64,000 nucleotides of DNA from Phallusia mammillata (lineage: Eukaryota), in assembly GCA_965637545.1 (NCBI GenBank), contig OZ281494.1:3100001-3164000 (forward strand). Direction: 5' to 3'. Below are positions 31,701 through 45,700 of the stretch, piece after piece. The notes beneath the pieces were generated by a model that was given only the letters and a program-made list of their open reading frames with translations, did not search any database and was not told the DNA's origin. Positions within the stretch are counted from its first letter, which is position 1. Every line of letters starts with the position of its first letter. Both the position numbers and the translations under genes were made by a program.

Positions 31701-34700
31701 GGAAAACATGACGCAGCCATTGTCTTAGCCGCATGACGTCATAACCACATACTTAAAGCTGGTAAGAAACGTTGTTTATGACGTACCAAGGCTCTTTAGA
31801 ACGTCTTAATTATCCACTCCATTCTACTTGGGTGTTAAGTGCGAAAAGCTGGAATAGTTGTGTTTATCAGGACAAACCAATAAATGGTTATTTTCGTGTT
31901 AGCAAGGTAAAGTAAGCTACTATTATACAGGAATCAAAAAGTCAATTACAAACACGATTTATCGAAGTTATTAAAGGATACTTACACAATAGTGAGTCCG
32001 TTGTATTCCTGAAAAAAAAACAAGTGTTAGTGACTACTTTTTTATTGACACATCCAAGGGTTTTCATTCCAAGATTACTTAAGTACGATCCAAAAGCAAA
32101 ACTGTTGTAACATTGTTTTAAATGTATATATGTAAGGTAAATGCCTATCAAGACCATTTTGTCGGAAGATCCCACCTCTAGTGGGATTCGAACCACTGCA
32201 ACTAAATTTACCTCCAGCATCTTCACGTCGTCTGCAGTTTTCAGAACAGCATCAATTTGTCCCCACGTGGTCTCCTGTTGATTCTGTATCCCATAGATGA
32301 GGTTGATCCGTTTCTGCTTCAGTTTATTCAGCTCAGTGGCGACTTCTTCCTCTTTCTTCCGGATGCGCTGGATGACTTGCTCGAATTGTGCGTGGATTCG
32401 CTGCAGAGCCTCGTCATTGCTTGTCTGCAGGGAAATTGAAAACCAACCTAAATTACTATTTGATAAGAATCGAAGTAGCACCAGATACTATAACTTAAAC
32501 AGTGGCGTTGCTAAGGACCAAGTTGCAATTGATTTGAAATGAAAAATTTGACCCCAAAAATATTTGTTATAGCTTGAATAGTGATTTTGCAATATGGATT
32601 GTGGTCATGGTATAGGCTATCTACATTACTAGCTTGAACTGTAATTATTGCCCTGCTCTTGATTGGCTGCGGTTTTTACCAAAGCAGTTTTAGATGTTCG
32701 TTTTTCGGAAAAATCATGTGAAGCAATTTCTTTTAAACTTTGTTCTCAACAACTTTGCTTCAACACAACAATCGCAAATCCATCTCACTCTAGCGCCACA
32801 TTGCGGATACATTGTGTTTGTTCCTTGATCATCGACCAGCGAACAACACCAGCAGCTGATAAGTGGTGCTCATTCACCGAATAATAACTCAAGATGTCGA
32901 TTCAAGTACAAGTGTGGAATACTTGTGAAAACTCTATATTTGGACGAGGCCTTGTTTGCCAACACAAACACTGAAGCTATTTTGGGAAAAGCGACTTTTA
33001 GAATTTGAACATCTTGCAAGCGGTGGAAATGTGTCCAAGACTAAACTGTAGCCTTCTCAAAAATTGCGTTAAGGTTTTGGCCAAACTAAATTCAACAACG
33101 TGCAATGACGACTTGAAACAAGGCTTAATATGCCAAAAACCTTGCGTTTAACGATTATCAAAGAATACAATAAACTATCAAGAAATTTGAATGCGTGACC
33201 TCTTAATGCTAAAATACGTTTGATTTTAGTGTCAGTTTGAACCCTTAGCATTCATAAAGTGCTTTTCATAAATATAAAATTGACTAAACGGGGAATTTAA
33301 TTTTGACAACACTTAAAAGGCCACAAACTTCAAACAAATTTTTGATGTCACAAATATCTCAATATTAGTTAGGCAATTTGCAAGATTTACACAGTGTTAC
33401 AGCAAGTAAGTTAGGTCAAAATATTCGGCACCGCAATCGCCTTAAACTTATCCCGTTTAATTCCACACTCGTCCGCCACTTTAAGCGACAACAACGACAA
33501 ACAATAAACAACAACTAGGAAAGTGTGAGTCCGGCTCTTCAGCCCCTCGAGTGACCAACTGGACACACAATGACCACGCGATACAAGTTGGATTAACATA
33601 GTTTTGGAAACTACAAAGTAGAGCCAGACTTGATAGTATCCTATAACATGGGTAGTTGATGTTCTATTTAATGATCTGTTACCATAGGCACCAGTATTAA
33701 AACAACTAAGTTACGGTGTATGTACTGTTTGTATTAATCCAGTCGTTGCTATGTCTGCACTGTTATTGTTTTGATTTTCTTTAGGTTTTGGGCTTCACAA
33801 CACAAGAAAACACAATCAATAATGACCGAAATAAAAAAACATCTTTTGAACAATCTTACTCACTGGCCAAGATAGCGGATTGTTTGACGCACCCCACTTG
33901 TGTTCACACGGTTGTGGGTTCTAATCCACCCTGTGTCAATTGAGTTTTCTTAGTAAAAACTAAAGCGACATTGCTCCGTGCACCCAGCAGTAAATCCAGA
34001 ACGAAATTAGTCACCAACACCCGAATCATTGTGAGCATAACGAGGATAAAAATTAAAAAAATAAACTTACGCTAAAGACAATTTTACTCACCTCAACCGA
34101 TTTCCGTTTTGCTCTCATCTGAGAAATAGTGTTTTCAATTTTCCTCTTGCGTTCTGCTAAATTCACCTGCAAAAAATTGTTTGGTGTTCTTACTTTCTAG
34201 CAGTATAAGAAAAACTATGGGATATGATTGAAATGTGCATCAGAGATAAAATGCAAGCGCATTTTTATTCGTTTTTTTGACTTCAGTCCTGCAAAGTTTA
34301 TGTTGCAAACTGTTTACGATTCAGCACAGTTGTAAGGAGGACTTATAAATCAGGAAACATGGAAAGTTGCAGCACAAATAAATCCGAGTGTGAAGTCAGG
34401 CACCAATCCCGTTTTATTTAAACCGACCCAAAAACCAGTTCTGATCTTCAACTCAGGGGTACAACGCTTTAGGAGTGCAATGCCAGACTTAGCAAAGCAT
34501 ATGGTGAGATTCGAACCCACGAACGTAGGTTTTTCTTCCCAAAATCACTGTAAGATAAACTTAACTTACTCGTATCGATTCAGCTGCGACCGGGATTGGC
34601 GACACATTATGGTCTTTATGTTTTTCGAAAGCACACTTGTAGCATACAGACTGTACACATGCAGCGCAGTACAACACCGCCTCTAGTGTCTCGCCTCCGC

Positions 34701-37315
34701 CACGCCCGTCGTGGTTGGGACACACAGACATCATATACCGCGGACTGGATTGCTGAAACAAAAATTTTTTTTTACCAGATTACCAGATTTGATCTTAATT
34801 CCTGCCTTAAGGAAAGTATGCAATGCACTGGCGCTAACGAATATTATTTTGCTGCAAAATTTCGCTGAAAAAAGTTTGCCCCCAGTGAGATATATTGAGG
34901 ATTGCCATCGTCCTGGAGCTCAATAAACAAAGATTGGAAACAGATTGGTATTTTTCTCCGAATAAAAGTAGATTTTTCCGGGGAAAAATTCATCTGAAAT
35001 TATGTAACCTTTGTGTCAAATAGTTTACGCCAAGAAAAATACCAAACCTTCCCACCAAAATTAACTTCCCAAGTAGCCTTAATTTAGATTCTTTACTGTG
35101 CTTATGTTATTTAACAACATCTTGCTTTGTGTTTTTTTGAATAAAAGTGGGTCTTTTATGATACACGGTAAATTAGAAAAACAACATGTAACGTTTTTGT
35201 AACTCTGACAAAATAAGGCTTAACTTAGAATTATAGACAGAATGACTCCTCTCCAACTCTAACTAGCCACCGAGTGTAACTAATGGTAAGATTCACATCA
35301 ATGTATACTTTTAGAAATAAAACAAACATCTTCAAAGCTAAAGGTAACAATTGCTTAGCAAATTGATGCACAAGAGCACAACAATTGCGTTTACTTATGG
35401 CACAAAATAATAAAATTTGTTAGATGCATCCGTCTAATTGTAAGCACTGCGGTATAAATCCGCTTACTCATGTATATGACATAGACCTAGTACGTTACTG
35501 ATCATATGATCAAGAACTTGAACAACAACTTTCACCAACTTACTTGTCCACCTATTTGTGGCAGGTTACTCTGCTTTTCGTTCGACTTCCGTTGATGTCT
35601 GACGTTTCCTGGACATTTCACGTCACAAGGTAATTCCCCTAGCACGTTTGGGGGTGTGTCTTCGTCTAAAACCTCCATTTTTCCCTTGAAGAGATGCCGC
35701 TGGTTTCTCTTTAGCCCGGCTACCCCGTTAAGTTGGGTGGGAAGGGTGTAGCTTTTCTCTAAACTCCGGCTCTTGCTGTTGTTGCTTTTGGTCGAATTAG
35801 CAGCTGCTGAAAACCCGAATGTAAGAATGTGTTTAGCAGAATGTAAGATTAAGTACTTGTTATGGTTTTTTTACGTTACTAATTATTTACAAAATAACTT
35901 TTTTGACAAGATGAAATTAAATGCTTTAACGTCACAATGTTGTATCGGTAAATTTTTATCCGGTTTTCAAACAGTATTGTACAAATCACAAAATAGACAA
36001 CTGTTATTCATTCAAATCTAACTATTCCTGGAGCCCAAATCTAATAATTTCACTAGCACCAAAATAAAGGCAAGCTGCAAATTTTTAGCTTGTTACAATG
36101 CAAAATACGAAAGCCTAACAGTTACTAATTGTGCTAAAACTAGCCCTAACACCAAGCACGTCAATAACTACCTAGTCCTGGTGGGCTTTAAATTCGATCG
36201 ATATCAAATATAATTCCAAACATCAAACATTTATTGCCACGTCCATATCACAGTAAGTCGAGTGGGGCACTGTTTGTGATATCACAATGTTCATTAAATG
36301 GCTCTTGTGACGGGTTTCGAGACATAAACTGTTGAATGGCCCTTCAGTGACCTCTTCAGCGATAGCACGTCAAAATTCAGAAACGCAAATTCCGAAAAGT
36401 TCACATTTCGTCTTGGACTTGAAAAACCTATGATTTCTGCTTACATCCAAGCTTTGGTCAATATGTATTTGACTTTCAGACTCATGTCCAATGCCAATAT
36501 CTAATTTGATCCATTTATGGTTGATGACGTCACTAACATTGTTGGGTTTGATATGACGTCACGTCATGACGCATACACATCTTTAAGTATGTAACAGACA
36601 GTATTGGGCTGAGCTAGTGATCCTAAATTTCCAATACGTTTGTAATCTGTGACCTAAACAACCAAATTAGTTTGCTCCTATAACAAGAGGCAAAGAACAA
36701 CTAAGCAAATTGAAGCTAATAATATGTTTAGTACCGGTGGCTAAGGTGTTTTGTGACCCCAATCCCAAGATCTATAACACAACAACTCATCGACCTGTTG
36801 TAACCCCATATATTGACCATTTTAACCCCACTTGCGTCCTTATACCTGATTACTTCCCTGGTCAAAACCTCGCACAATAATAAAGTTCAGAGGTAATAGA
36901 AATATATAGCTAAATCTAATTCAATATATATATATATAGTAATGCTGATCAAGTAAGCGATTTCGTTACTCAATTTATTGAAAACGGTTCTAAAAAATAT
37001 AGTATGAGTGCACAAAATCTGATGGTGCTTACTTGTAATTTTATTTTCCTGAGTCGTCTTGCTGTTAGCTTCTTCAACTTTATTCGTTTTATCCTTATCA
37101 GGGTCTGCTAAACCGATTTGACTTTTCCGTCGACCGTTCTTGCAACTGCACAAACAATTCAGCTCATCCGTCCACTTTGTACCACTTTTTCCGTTGCCCT
37201 TAGCAACGTCGTCCTTCTGCTTTACGCCTCCGTTAGCTGTGTCAGTTGCATGACCGTTCGGCAGGCTGACTTGGCAATGCGGGCACGATAATTTCACGTC
37301 CGTTGCGCCGGCCAT
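28787..37315 (-). CDS. TRIM-like B-box/coiled-coil/PRY-SPRY protein (MID1/TRIM36-like SPRY), RING decayed, ~645 aa
   Basis: Exons 37033-37315, 35544-35806, 34570-34752, 34092-34166, 32212-32424, 31986-32008, 30908-31117, 30446-30607, 29927-30035, 29420-29556, 28787-29066. B-box CPNH...LYCAACVQSVCYKC..EKHKDH; coiled coil; PRY FKLDANTAHNALRV; SPRY GKQYWEV...GVAYK...SWALC...IGIFLDYERGVLSFYN...LTGLPVP. Confidence 0.88.
30091..30150 (+). ncRNA. Minimal hammerhead-ribozyme-like motif (Penelope-type), family A
   Basis: CTGATGA (30102-30108) a ggcgtctc-atat-gagatgcc GAAA (30130-30133) cgttgtt; 8-bp helix II, short helix III with GUU triplet; helix I imperfect. Confidence 0.6.
33862..34060 (+). mobile_element. 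tRNA-derived SINE, second family
   Basis: A-box-like tggccaagatagcgg, B box gtgggttctaatcc, body ...cacccagcagtaaat..., A-rich tail. Confidence 0.55.
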
Positions 37316-38869
37316 ATGTTGAATACAGTAAGCGGGCGCCCATGAAAAAACAACACAGCTACCTTAGCTCTTTGTACGCACGCCGTTAAAGGGTGCCTCT
37401 TGTAGGCTAGTAACTCCACTTAAGTCGTCCTTGAAAACCAAGTCTCCCAGTGACAATTTGCCTGCCTTGAAAACACAGCACTGGGTTGAAACAATTGGCG
37501 AGCGAAGCGGTTAATCTTAGCACTTCTGGTGTTTTCTTTCTCCGGGAAACAACCGGTATGAGTGCACCTTACTGTGGGGAATTAAAGCACTGTAAAACAA
37601 AGGCAGCAAACGGTGGAAATTACGTTACTATGAGAAAAGAAAACCAACTGTAAGATCAGTCGAAAGAATCCAGCTGTATATAACGTGAAAAAATAAGTTT
37701 TAAAAACTTGCCGTTGTAATTAAGTATCGTCAAAAACATGGTACAGCAACAACCTAGTGATTCTTACCACTGTTTTGGTTTACGTTTTTCTTGTTAAAAG
37801 TGGGTATGGGACAATTCTCTATGTACTTTCTACTGCTAATAAATGCTTTAGCATAGTTGCTTAAATTGTCATAGCCTATTGATGTGACTAGAGTCCTGCT
37901 GCACACGGAAATTAATACCCGTCCCATACAGACCGACGACTCGTTATTTAAATAATGCTGTTTCTTAAGAATGTTAACATATTATTTACTCCATAATAAA
38001 ACACAACCTTTCTTTTGAAAAAAAAAAAACGTTTCACATTCTTTTAGCAAGCAGCTTAAATTTAAAAAAGAAAATCGGATTTCAGCGATTATCCCACAAA
38101 CCGGCATATGTCTAAGACATAATCTTTTGATAACAAACGGTTTATGTGACGTCACAAACCTTTTCTCGAATGCGGCAATTGTTAATTATATTTGATGCCT
38201 GTTCGTTTTAGACATAAATAGGTGGGAACTGAAAGTGGCAAGCCATTTGTTTGTAACTTTACATAGCTTTTGATGTCTTTAGATTGTATGAAATTATGTT
38301 TTCAAGAAATAAATTATTAACAAATAATTTTAAAAAATATCGCTTGCAATGTGCTGGCTTATAAATATTTTAAAATAGTTCCATATGTCCTATTCGCAAA
38401 TACTACAAACATCATAACTTGACACCAAATAAATCCAAAAAGTTGTTTTCAAGATCGGCGATTCATGATAATAACGAGTGCTGTTTATAGCGAAATCCCA
38501 TATAGGGTAAGTTTTATTCATTTTGTGGCCAATTTGCCACCGTGCGTTCAACTGCCAATTACTTCGGTACAGTTTTAACCGTTTTTTTTTCTATTTTTAA
38601 TCGAAACCAACATCTCTTGCCCATAAAAAAACGTTTCCAGACAAGATCCATGTAAACTTTTTACCCCTTTTCTGTATGTTTTGCTGCAGTTTCTAACTAT
38701 CTTTTTTTAATGATAGCTTTTGTGTTAATTTTGATTTAACACAAACGACTGTTTTTCTGCGTTTTAAATATTTTTTCTAAACATTACCAAAAACGTACTT
38801 TCTGTATTTGAAAGCCTGATTTGCATAAGCCCTGTCAACAAAAACATATTCGGCGGCTATACTCAATGG

Positions 38870-39140
38870 TAAAAGTATACGAACACCGCCAATATGCCTT
38901 CACAGTGGATACAAACTAAGATTCTTTAACCCCCGAACTAGACAAAATTCAGAGACAACAAACGTGGGCTTCGCATACTTGGAAGAGTGATCCAGCACTT
39001 GGGAATGCCAATAACAAAAGACCTGCCAGTTGGTCACCCCAAAACGAGCCTGAGAGGCACCTGGCAAGTGCTTTGCAAGTCACTGACGCTAGAGTAGTAA
39101 CTTGGGAAGGCCTCAAGTGGATCGATACATTGCCTACTTG
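38870..39140 (+). mobile_element. Possible degenerate non-LTR (RTE-like) retrotransposon 3' relic
   Basis: GC-richer island; broken translation (GGYT..., KIQRQQTWASHTWKSD) loosely resembles the DGCYT...RRLRFAGHCWRS end of RTE-type ORF2. Weak similarity from memory. Confidence 0.25.
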
Positions 39141-40499
39141 AAGAGACTTTCTCTGAAAATCATCCCTGACCGTCCAGTCAACGCAAGGTGCAGTTAATAG
39201 ATGACGGATGGCGTCTTAAATGTCTGAGTGGTAATTAAACTTACAAGTGTTTGTTAAAAGCACAATCAGAGACAGTGACCTCATTAATTTTTGTAATTAT
39301 AAAGCTTGCAACGGCACCAAAAAAACAATTCCAAGTTTCATGATGATGTGATTGTGAAATTGGTGATCGATTCTCGGTGTGTAACAAGCTGTTGCGAGCA
39401 ACTTTTGTCCAATAAACCGAATTAAAACAGTTTGCGATGATAATACTACCATTTGTTCTGCTTTACTTTAAAACTATTCCTCAAAATATATTAGATGTGT
39501 GCAACACAGAATTCGCAAATTATTGCCAATGTCCAATCACATTTGGGTTGTTTTTTGAGATATATTATTGCAATTCGTTGCCACGCCTTTGCACAATTCA
39601 AATCGATAAACCAAAAGGAACAACACCAAACAAATAAACTCTTATTTTTATCTCCGCTAGGTGGCAACAAAGTTAAAAAAAATTCGTACTTTGTTTACTA
39701 GAGACCTCTAGCGGTAAACTCGATTTTGTGTGCGAATGTTTGTCACTGATCTCTATAAACATATAGCAGTGATGTTTTTGCAAGCTAATGTGTAATATTT
39801 TCTATTTATGTTTTGTCGGATTTTCTTAATCGGTCCTTCTCAGTAATTTATGTACGTGAAATAATGTAGTCACTTAAACGATAAACTTTATCTTTAATGC
39901 CAAACGATTAAGTGTTTTTGAAAAGGTGCAAAATGTATCTTTTTTTCTACAACTCACGCAGTGCACGGTCTGGTTCTGTTTGCACAGTTGAAAGGATATC
40001 GCTGACACCAAGCACAAATTCAGGAACCCCTGCAGTTGCGCAACAGACAAATCACAAAACAGCAGCCAACTTGTTGAAACTTGACTGAAAGGCTTCATTT
40101 TTTTTCTTTTCGCGTCTTCCCAGTGGGAAAGCGTTAGTTTCTGTAGCCTATTCTCTTTTTTCTCTTGCAAGTTTCTTTATTATTGTTTGTGTACTAACAC
40201 GCAGATGTTATAAAACCTATGTTATAACTCCATTGAATTTAGTCTTGACAAGAATGTATACCAGTAGGCCAGCAATCAATTTGAATAATTTTGAATCATT
40301 TTCTAAATATGGCGGGCACCGATTATGTAACTCAAGGCTGTTAACTGGTTGGAAGCACGGTGTATTTTCCTTATTTAGTATTAAAATTGTTTTGTAGTGA
40401 AAAAGAAATGGACTGAAAACGATTTGTGCAGGTATATAAGTGTTAAAAGTGTAGTTGGTCCAGCTTTCAAAACATGGCATATTAGATTTCAAAGCTGCT

Positions 40500-40800
40500 T
40501 AGTAAATAATGCGGCGTAAATATTGCGACATACTTGTTGATGATTGCCTTTTTTGCGAAGCAACCACTACGTATTGGCGTGTTTCGTCACCCGTATCCTT
40601 TTTCTCGTTGTAAAATTATTTCTTTGTTTCCTTTTGATGAGAAAGTTCCTCCTCCAGAAAGCCGTGACGAAACTCAAAATGGCGGACAGTCATTGTTCTG
40701 CTTTTTCGGGACTCAGGCGCGTGGTAAAGCCAATTTTAACGCGTTTTTCTCGCTATTTTTATTGGTTTTAGGAAAGTCTTTGTGATCTGTCGACGTGTTT
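40500..40800 (+). promoter_or_regulatory. CpG-rich promoter upstream of H3.3 with YY1-like motif
   Basis: Local CpG enrichment; caaaatggcggac at ~40676-40688; CpG drops sharply downstream of ~40900; 5' UTR acceptor ttgttacag at ~41203-41211. Confidence 0.55.
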
Positions 40801-41245
40801 AAGAGAAAACTCAGCCCCCTGGGCATTTTACTATTCATGACAGATGGTAAACGTGGGTGTTTTTGCTTTTGGTACTTTTGAAAAAATGTCCCTTAATTAT
40901 GGATCTAGGTTTTTTGTTGTTGGCTTGGCTGAAGCAGGTAGCGTCAGTTAAAAGCACACAGCTAACATTTCACTGATTATTATCACGGAAGCTGTTGCTA
41001 GATTGTTTAAACATATGTTTTGCTTTTTATTTGTGTTGTTAGCTTTAAGTTAACTGGTTTATTAGATAAAAAGACAGATTTCTTTATTGTGTTGGAGTTA
41101 AGCAGATGTACATGTAAAAAATAAAATAGGTTATTTGAAATTGTTTATACAACTACAATTCTTTGTGTGTAATTGTAATTTTTTCTAATCTTTTTTCTAT
41201 AAATTGTTACAGATATTTTTATTTACCAATTAAGCCTTACATTGA

Positions 41246-41674
<429 letters not shown>

Positions 41675-42286
41675 GCACAGAGGAAAATGACCGGGGAATG
41701 GACTTTTGTACATAATCTGGTTGACTTTTTTTACAGTGAATTGAAAACATAGCCCAGTAGATGAATGTACAGTGCTCACCAGAAACAATTTTTTTACATT
41801 GCTAGTCTCTGGCTATAAATTACCAACATATTGTATGTCCACCTTTGCAGTTTGCTGTGGCAATAAGTTAACTTTTACAAGGTTTCATCTGTGCTAATGT
41901 AATTCAAAATTTTGTCAGTAACTTTGGATCTTAAACATAAAAAAAATTTGTGGTAATTTTTGTAATATTATCATTTGTTTGGTTGATGTGTCTTTTAGGC
42001 CATGATGCTGTTGTGTTTTGACAAACCTGGATGATATGTATTTTACTTGTTTATTAACCTTTATTCTTTTAACACCTCAGGCTGCGTGTTAAATATGTCG
42101 CTCGAAAAATATCTGTCTAAACGAGATGCTGAATTTAAAAAGTACAAAAACAAAAATGCTGTGGTACTTCTCTGATTTTATAAACTAACAGTAGTTTTCA
42201 TTCTTAACTTTATGTGTGAACAGTTTATCTTGGCAAGTATTTTGTAAGGCATGCATGATTCCACTTTAAGTCAAGTAATTTTTTCT

Positions 42287-42432
42287 CAGTGAAAGTGTAC
42301 ATTTTGGATATTTTGTATCTTAAATTTGTTCATGCTAAACGAGTCGTGTTAATTTTTTTTCAGTAAAAGTGTAAATTTTGGATATTTCGCATCTTAAATT
42401 TGTTCATGCTAAATGAGTTGTGTTAACTTTTT
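42287..42432. repeat. 74-bp tandem duplication (2 copies)
   Basis: cagtgaaagtgtacattttggatattttgtatcttaaatttgttcatgctaaa... at 42287, repeated with few changes at 42361. Confidence 0.85.
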
Positions 42433-42763
42433 CTCTTCAAACATTAAATTCTCTTGTTGGTAGAGTTGTGTTACTTGCTGTGTAGCGCAGTTCGCTAATT
42501 CCAAAATTTGTATTCATTCTGATTTTAATGTGGGTTTCATGTTTTGTCGTTGTACATACTTAGGTTTTTCATTAGACAATTTTATTTAAAATTTAAGCTG
42601 GCACGAAATGTGCAGTGACCCAACCAAAATGGATTGAGGAACTGCTAGAAAAAAAATAACAGTTTGCATTTGTGCACTTGGGATTTACCTTGAAGCTAAT
42701 GGACTTAGGAGCAGAGGAAAAAAATAAACTTTCCCCACCAAGTCTGCTTAAATGGTTTTTGTA

Positions 42764-45700
42764 ATGGATGCTCAACCAATGCCAACGCAAGGTGAGCATG
42801 TAATTTATAAATAGTAGTGTCACTTAATTTGTACCTTTGCTCCATTAGAACATAACGTAAATGGGTAGCACCAAAAAAATACAACAGAAAAAAATATATT
42901 GGTCTTATAAAAGTTTACTGACAGTTCGATGAACAGCAAAAGTGTCAATGAAAAATGTAAATTTCATCTGCACACAAATCTTGTTCAGATGAAATGATGC
43001 GACTGCGTAGTCAGCTTGCAGATACCGAGAGGCGCTTTGCTCTTCTTCAGCAGGAAAAAGTGCAAATGGAAAGTGATTTTGAATACAAAAGGTCCAAGAT
43101 CAAAGAGCTCTATTATGCAAAAGAAAGTGAGATGGCAATTTGTAGCAAATAAATTCAACCCACATAGCAAATTAACATGATGAAATGTAGGACAAATTTT
43201 TCGGCAAATTTTTACAAACTGTTTAATAGTAAATGCTGGTTACTTTGGCAAAGTTGGACCATACCAGTGAAAGTGTTCATTATATTTAATGCACCATCAC
43301 TTCGAAACAGTTTCTTTCTTTTATAAGATATCAATTCACATTTGCATTTTTCTGGCTTAACATTTTAGTTTTACATCTGTATACCGCCACCAAAGCCCTT
43401 AACTGTTGCATCAATCACAAGGGTCCATGGTATCACAGCAAGAGGTACTTGAAAGATATAAAAAGGTTCAAGAGCACTGACATAGATGATTAACTAAAAC
43501 ATAGATAATTATTTGTTTGCTGCCTCTACAAAATGGTTTACACCTTGTCTGTAAACTAAATTGTGTGTAGTGTGTCTGATCTATTTCGAGGTGCTATAGA
43601 GAGCTGTACTTCTTGAATTCAGTTTTATCTGTCTTGGCCCAGAAAGTAATAATATAGCTTTGGCCCAAACCAATTTGGTGCGGTTACATCACTGGTAATA
43701 AACAAGGAAACTTTACTATTAGACATGATCCGTGATCAAAATTCAAAGCTCTTAGAGGCCAGCAAACAAATAAGTCAACTGGAAAGCACTGTAACTTCCC
43801 TGCGAGAGGAAATTGAAAATGTGAAGATGATTGCATCAGTATCTGAAAATACAAAACAGGTATGATGAAAAGTGTTAGATTCTAAACGGTATGCAACTAG
43901 CATTTGTATTTCACACTATTGCCTTTTTGTATCACAATGTGGCAACTGATGTGGCCTTCATACCACTGATGATGGCATGAGCATTTGGCGAAACGTTTGA
44001 AATATAAAGCATGTCTTTTTATCTCTATTTGGGCGGTTATTTTCACCATTAAACAATGTGTTGAGGAGTTACATATGACATTATTTCATGTTTTTGGAAT
44101 GAAGATGTTCATAATAAATATCAAGAATTCCTAACTTATTGATGTTATATTGTAATTGAGGCATTCAATTAAAGCACTGAGCCACAAAGGAAAAACAAAT
44201 TCAATGATGTTTGGCAACTGAATATCGCAAAAAAAATAAATTGCCATTCATGACAAAAGTTAACCTTGTTAGGAAATCTCCATCAATATATGCTAACATA
44301 TATTCAAGTTACAAAAAAACATTTTTGGGCTCTTGTACGATGTTGTGCAGGGAATCAGTTTCTATAGATACTCATAGAACACATTTTTATAATGCAACCC
44401 CATGGAATATGCTGCTTACATAAGGCAGTTGGCATCATTGATTTTTATTGTTTGTAAGAATATATTGAACAGCAAACTGTATGCTTGTGTACAAAGCTTA
44501 GGAGCTGACAATGGTTGGATTGGCTGGCATATGGCTGATTTGTTACAGCATAATGTTTTTATTTCTTGCTAATTCCAATTTCCTGTGATTGTTTTAGGAA
44601 GCTGTGGAGGACTTGAAGAAGCATCATCTCGAAGAAATTGAATCTCTGAAATGTGTTTTGCAAGGTTAGTATTGATGTTAGCAAAATAACATTGCCTTTG
44701 TTTATCAAGTTCAAATACATGACCTTCACTTAAAGTTTTATTGCATGGCTTTGTATGGGTGGTTTAGTGTTGACAAATCTAGGCCTTGAGCCTGTTTGGT
44801 TTGGTATTTTCATGCAGGGGTGGGCAACCTTTGTTACTGTGAGGCCAAATACAGTAGCCAAAATTAGATCGGGGGCTGCACCTGTGTATAACACAAAAAT
44901 TTCCCTCATGTTGTTTTGGTAATAATGATTTGTGCGGTACATTAACAACGGTCTTTATTTGATTGAAAATAGTTAACTTTGTGGCTAAACAATAAGATTT
45001 GTGACGTTATAAATATTCGAGTAAAACTGGAAACAACAATTTAGGTGCCATTGACTTATACAATTTCCCTCTGCATGTACATAATTTCCCCACTACTGGG
45101 AAATTTCTTCTGGTAAAAAACCACTGCTTTAAGCAATATTTAACTTGCCCAGATACATTTGAGGACCAACGACGCGACCTCATCGAGCAATTCGGGCAGG
45201 AACGCCAACATTGGGAACAAGAAAAAGAGAAAATTTTGCATGAGAACACAAATTTTAAAGAACTACTTTCCAAGACAGAAGGGTCACTGCAAGAAAAGGA
45301 AAAGGCGCTGAGCAAGCAAGCGGATCAGGAGCTTGAAACAAGCATGATGATGGTAGGGCAGAAGTTTAAAGTATGAAATTAGTTACTTTATTGACATGGA
45401 CATTAGGTCAGCAACTGCTACTGTTTGGGCACATGGCATGCTATGCAAAATGTGTTAATCTTATTGGCCTTTCAAGAATCTAAATCTTCTTTAAACTGTC
45501 CTTTTTGCTAGGTATTTCCCTCGATTTTTCGTGTTCCTATTTCTTTAACTGTTTTTTGTGTCTTGCTGGTAACCTACACATACTTTTCATGCTGTTAAAC
45601 TTTTTTCACAAAATATGTCCTTTCTTGATAAACAAACCAATCAGAATCTATCAATATGTTTCCCAAGGCCCAAAGCGAAGCGGAAAACCTAAAATCTGTC

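Noticed and set aside
31770-31848. Candidate additional TRIM exon (ttccag|...|gtacgt)
   Set aside because: Stop codons in all three frames.
36520-36575. Cluster of TGACGTCA (CRE-like) words in TRIM intron 1
   Set aside because: The word recurs throughout the window, including in coding sequence; no evidence of function from sequence alone.
40679-40770. ATGGCGGAC ORF as the true first exon of RABEP1 with H3.3 nested in its intron
   Set aside because: No good phase-1 donor; a better first exon with a gtgagc donor exists at 42764-42791.
41675-41760. Histone 3' stem-loop
   Set aside because: Not present, as expected for a polyadenylated H3.3.
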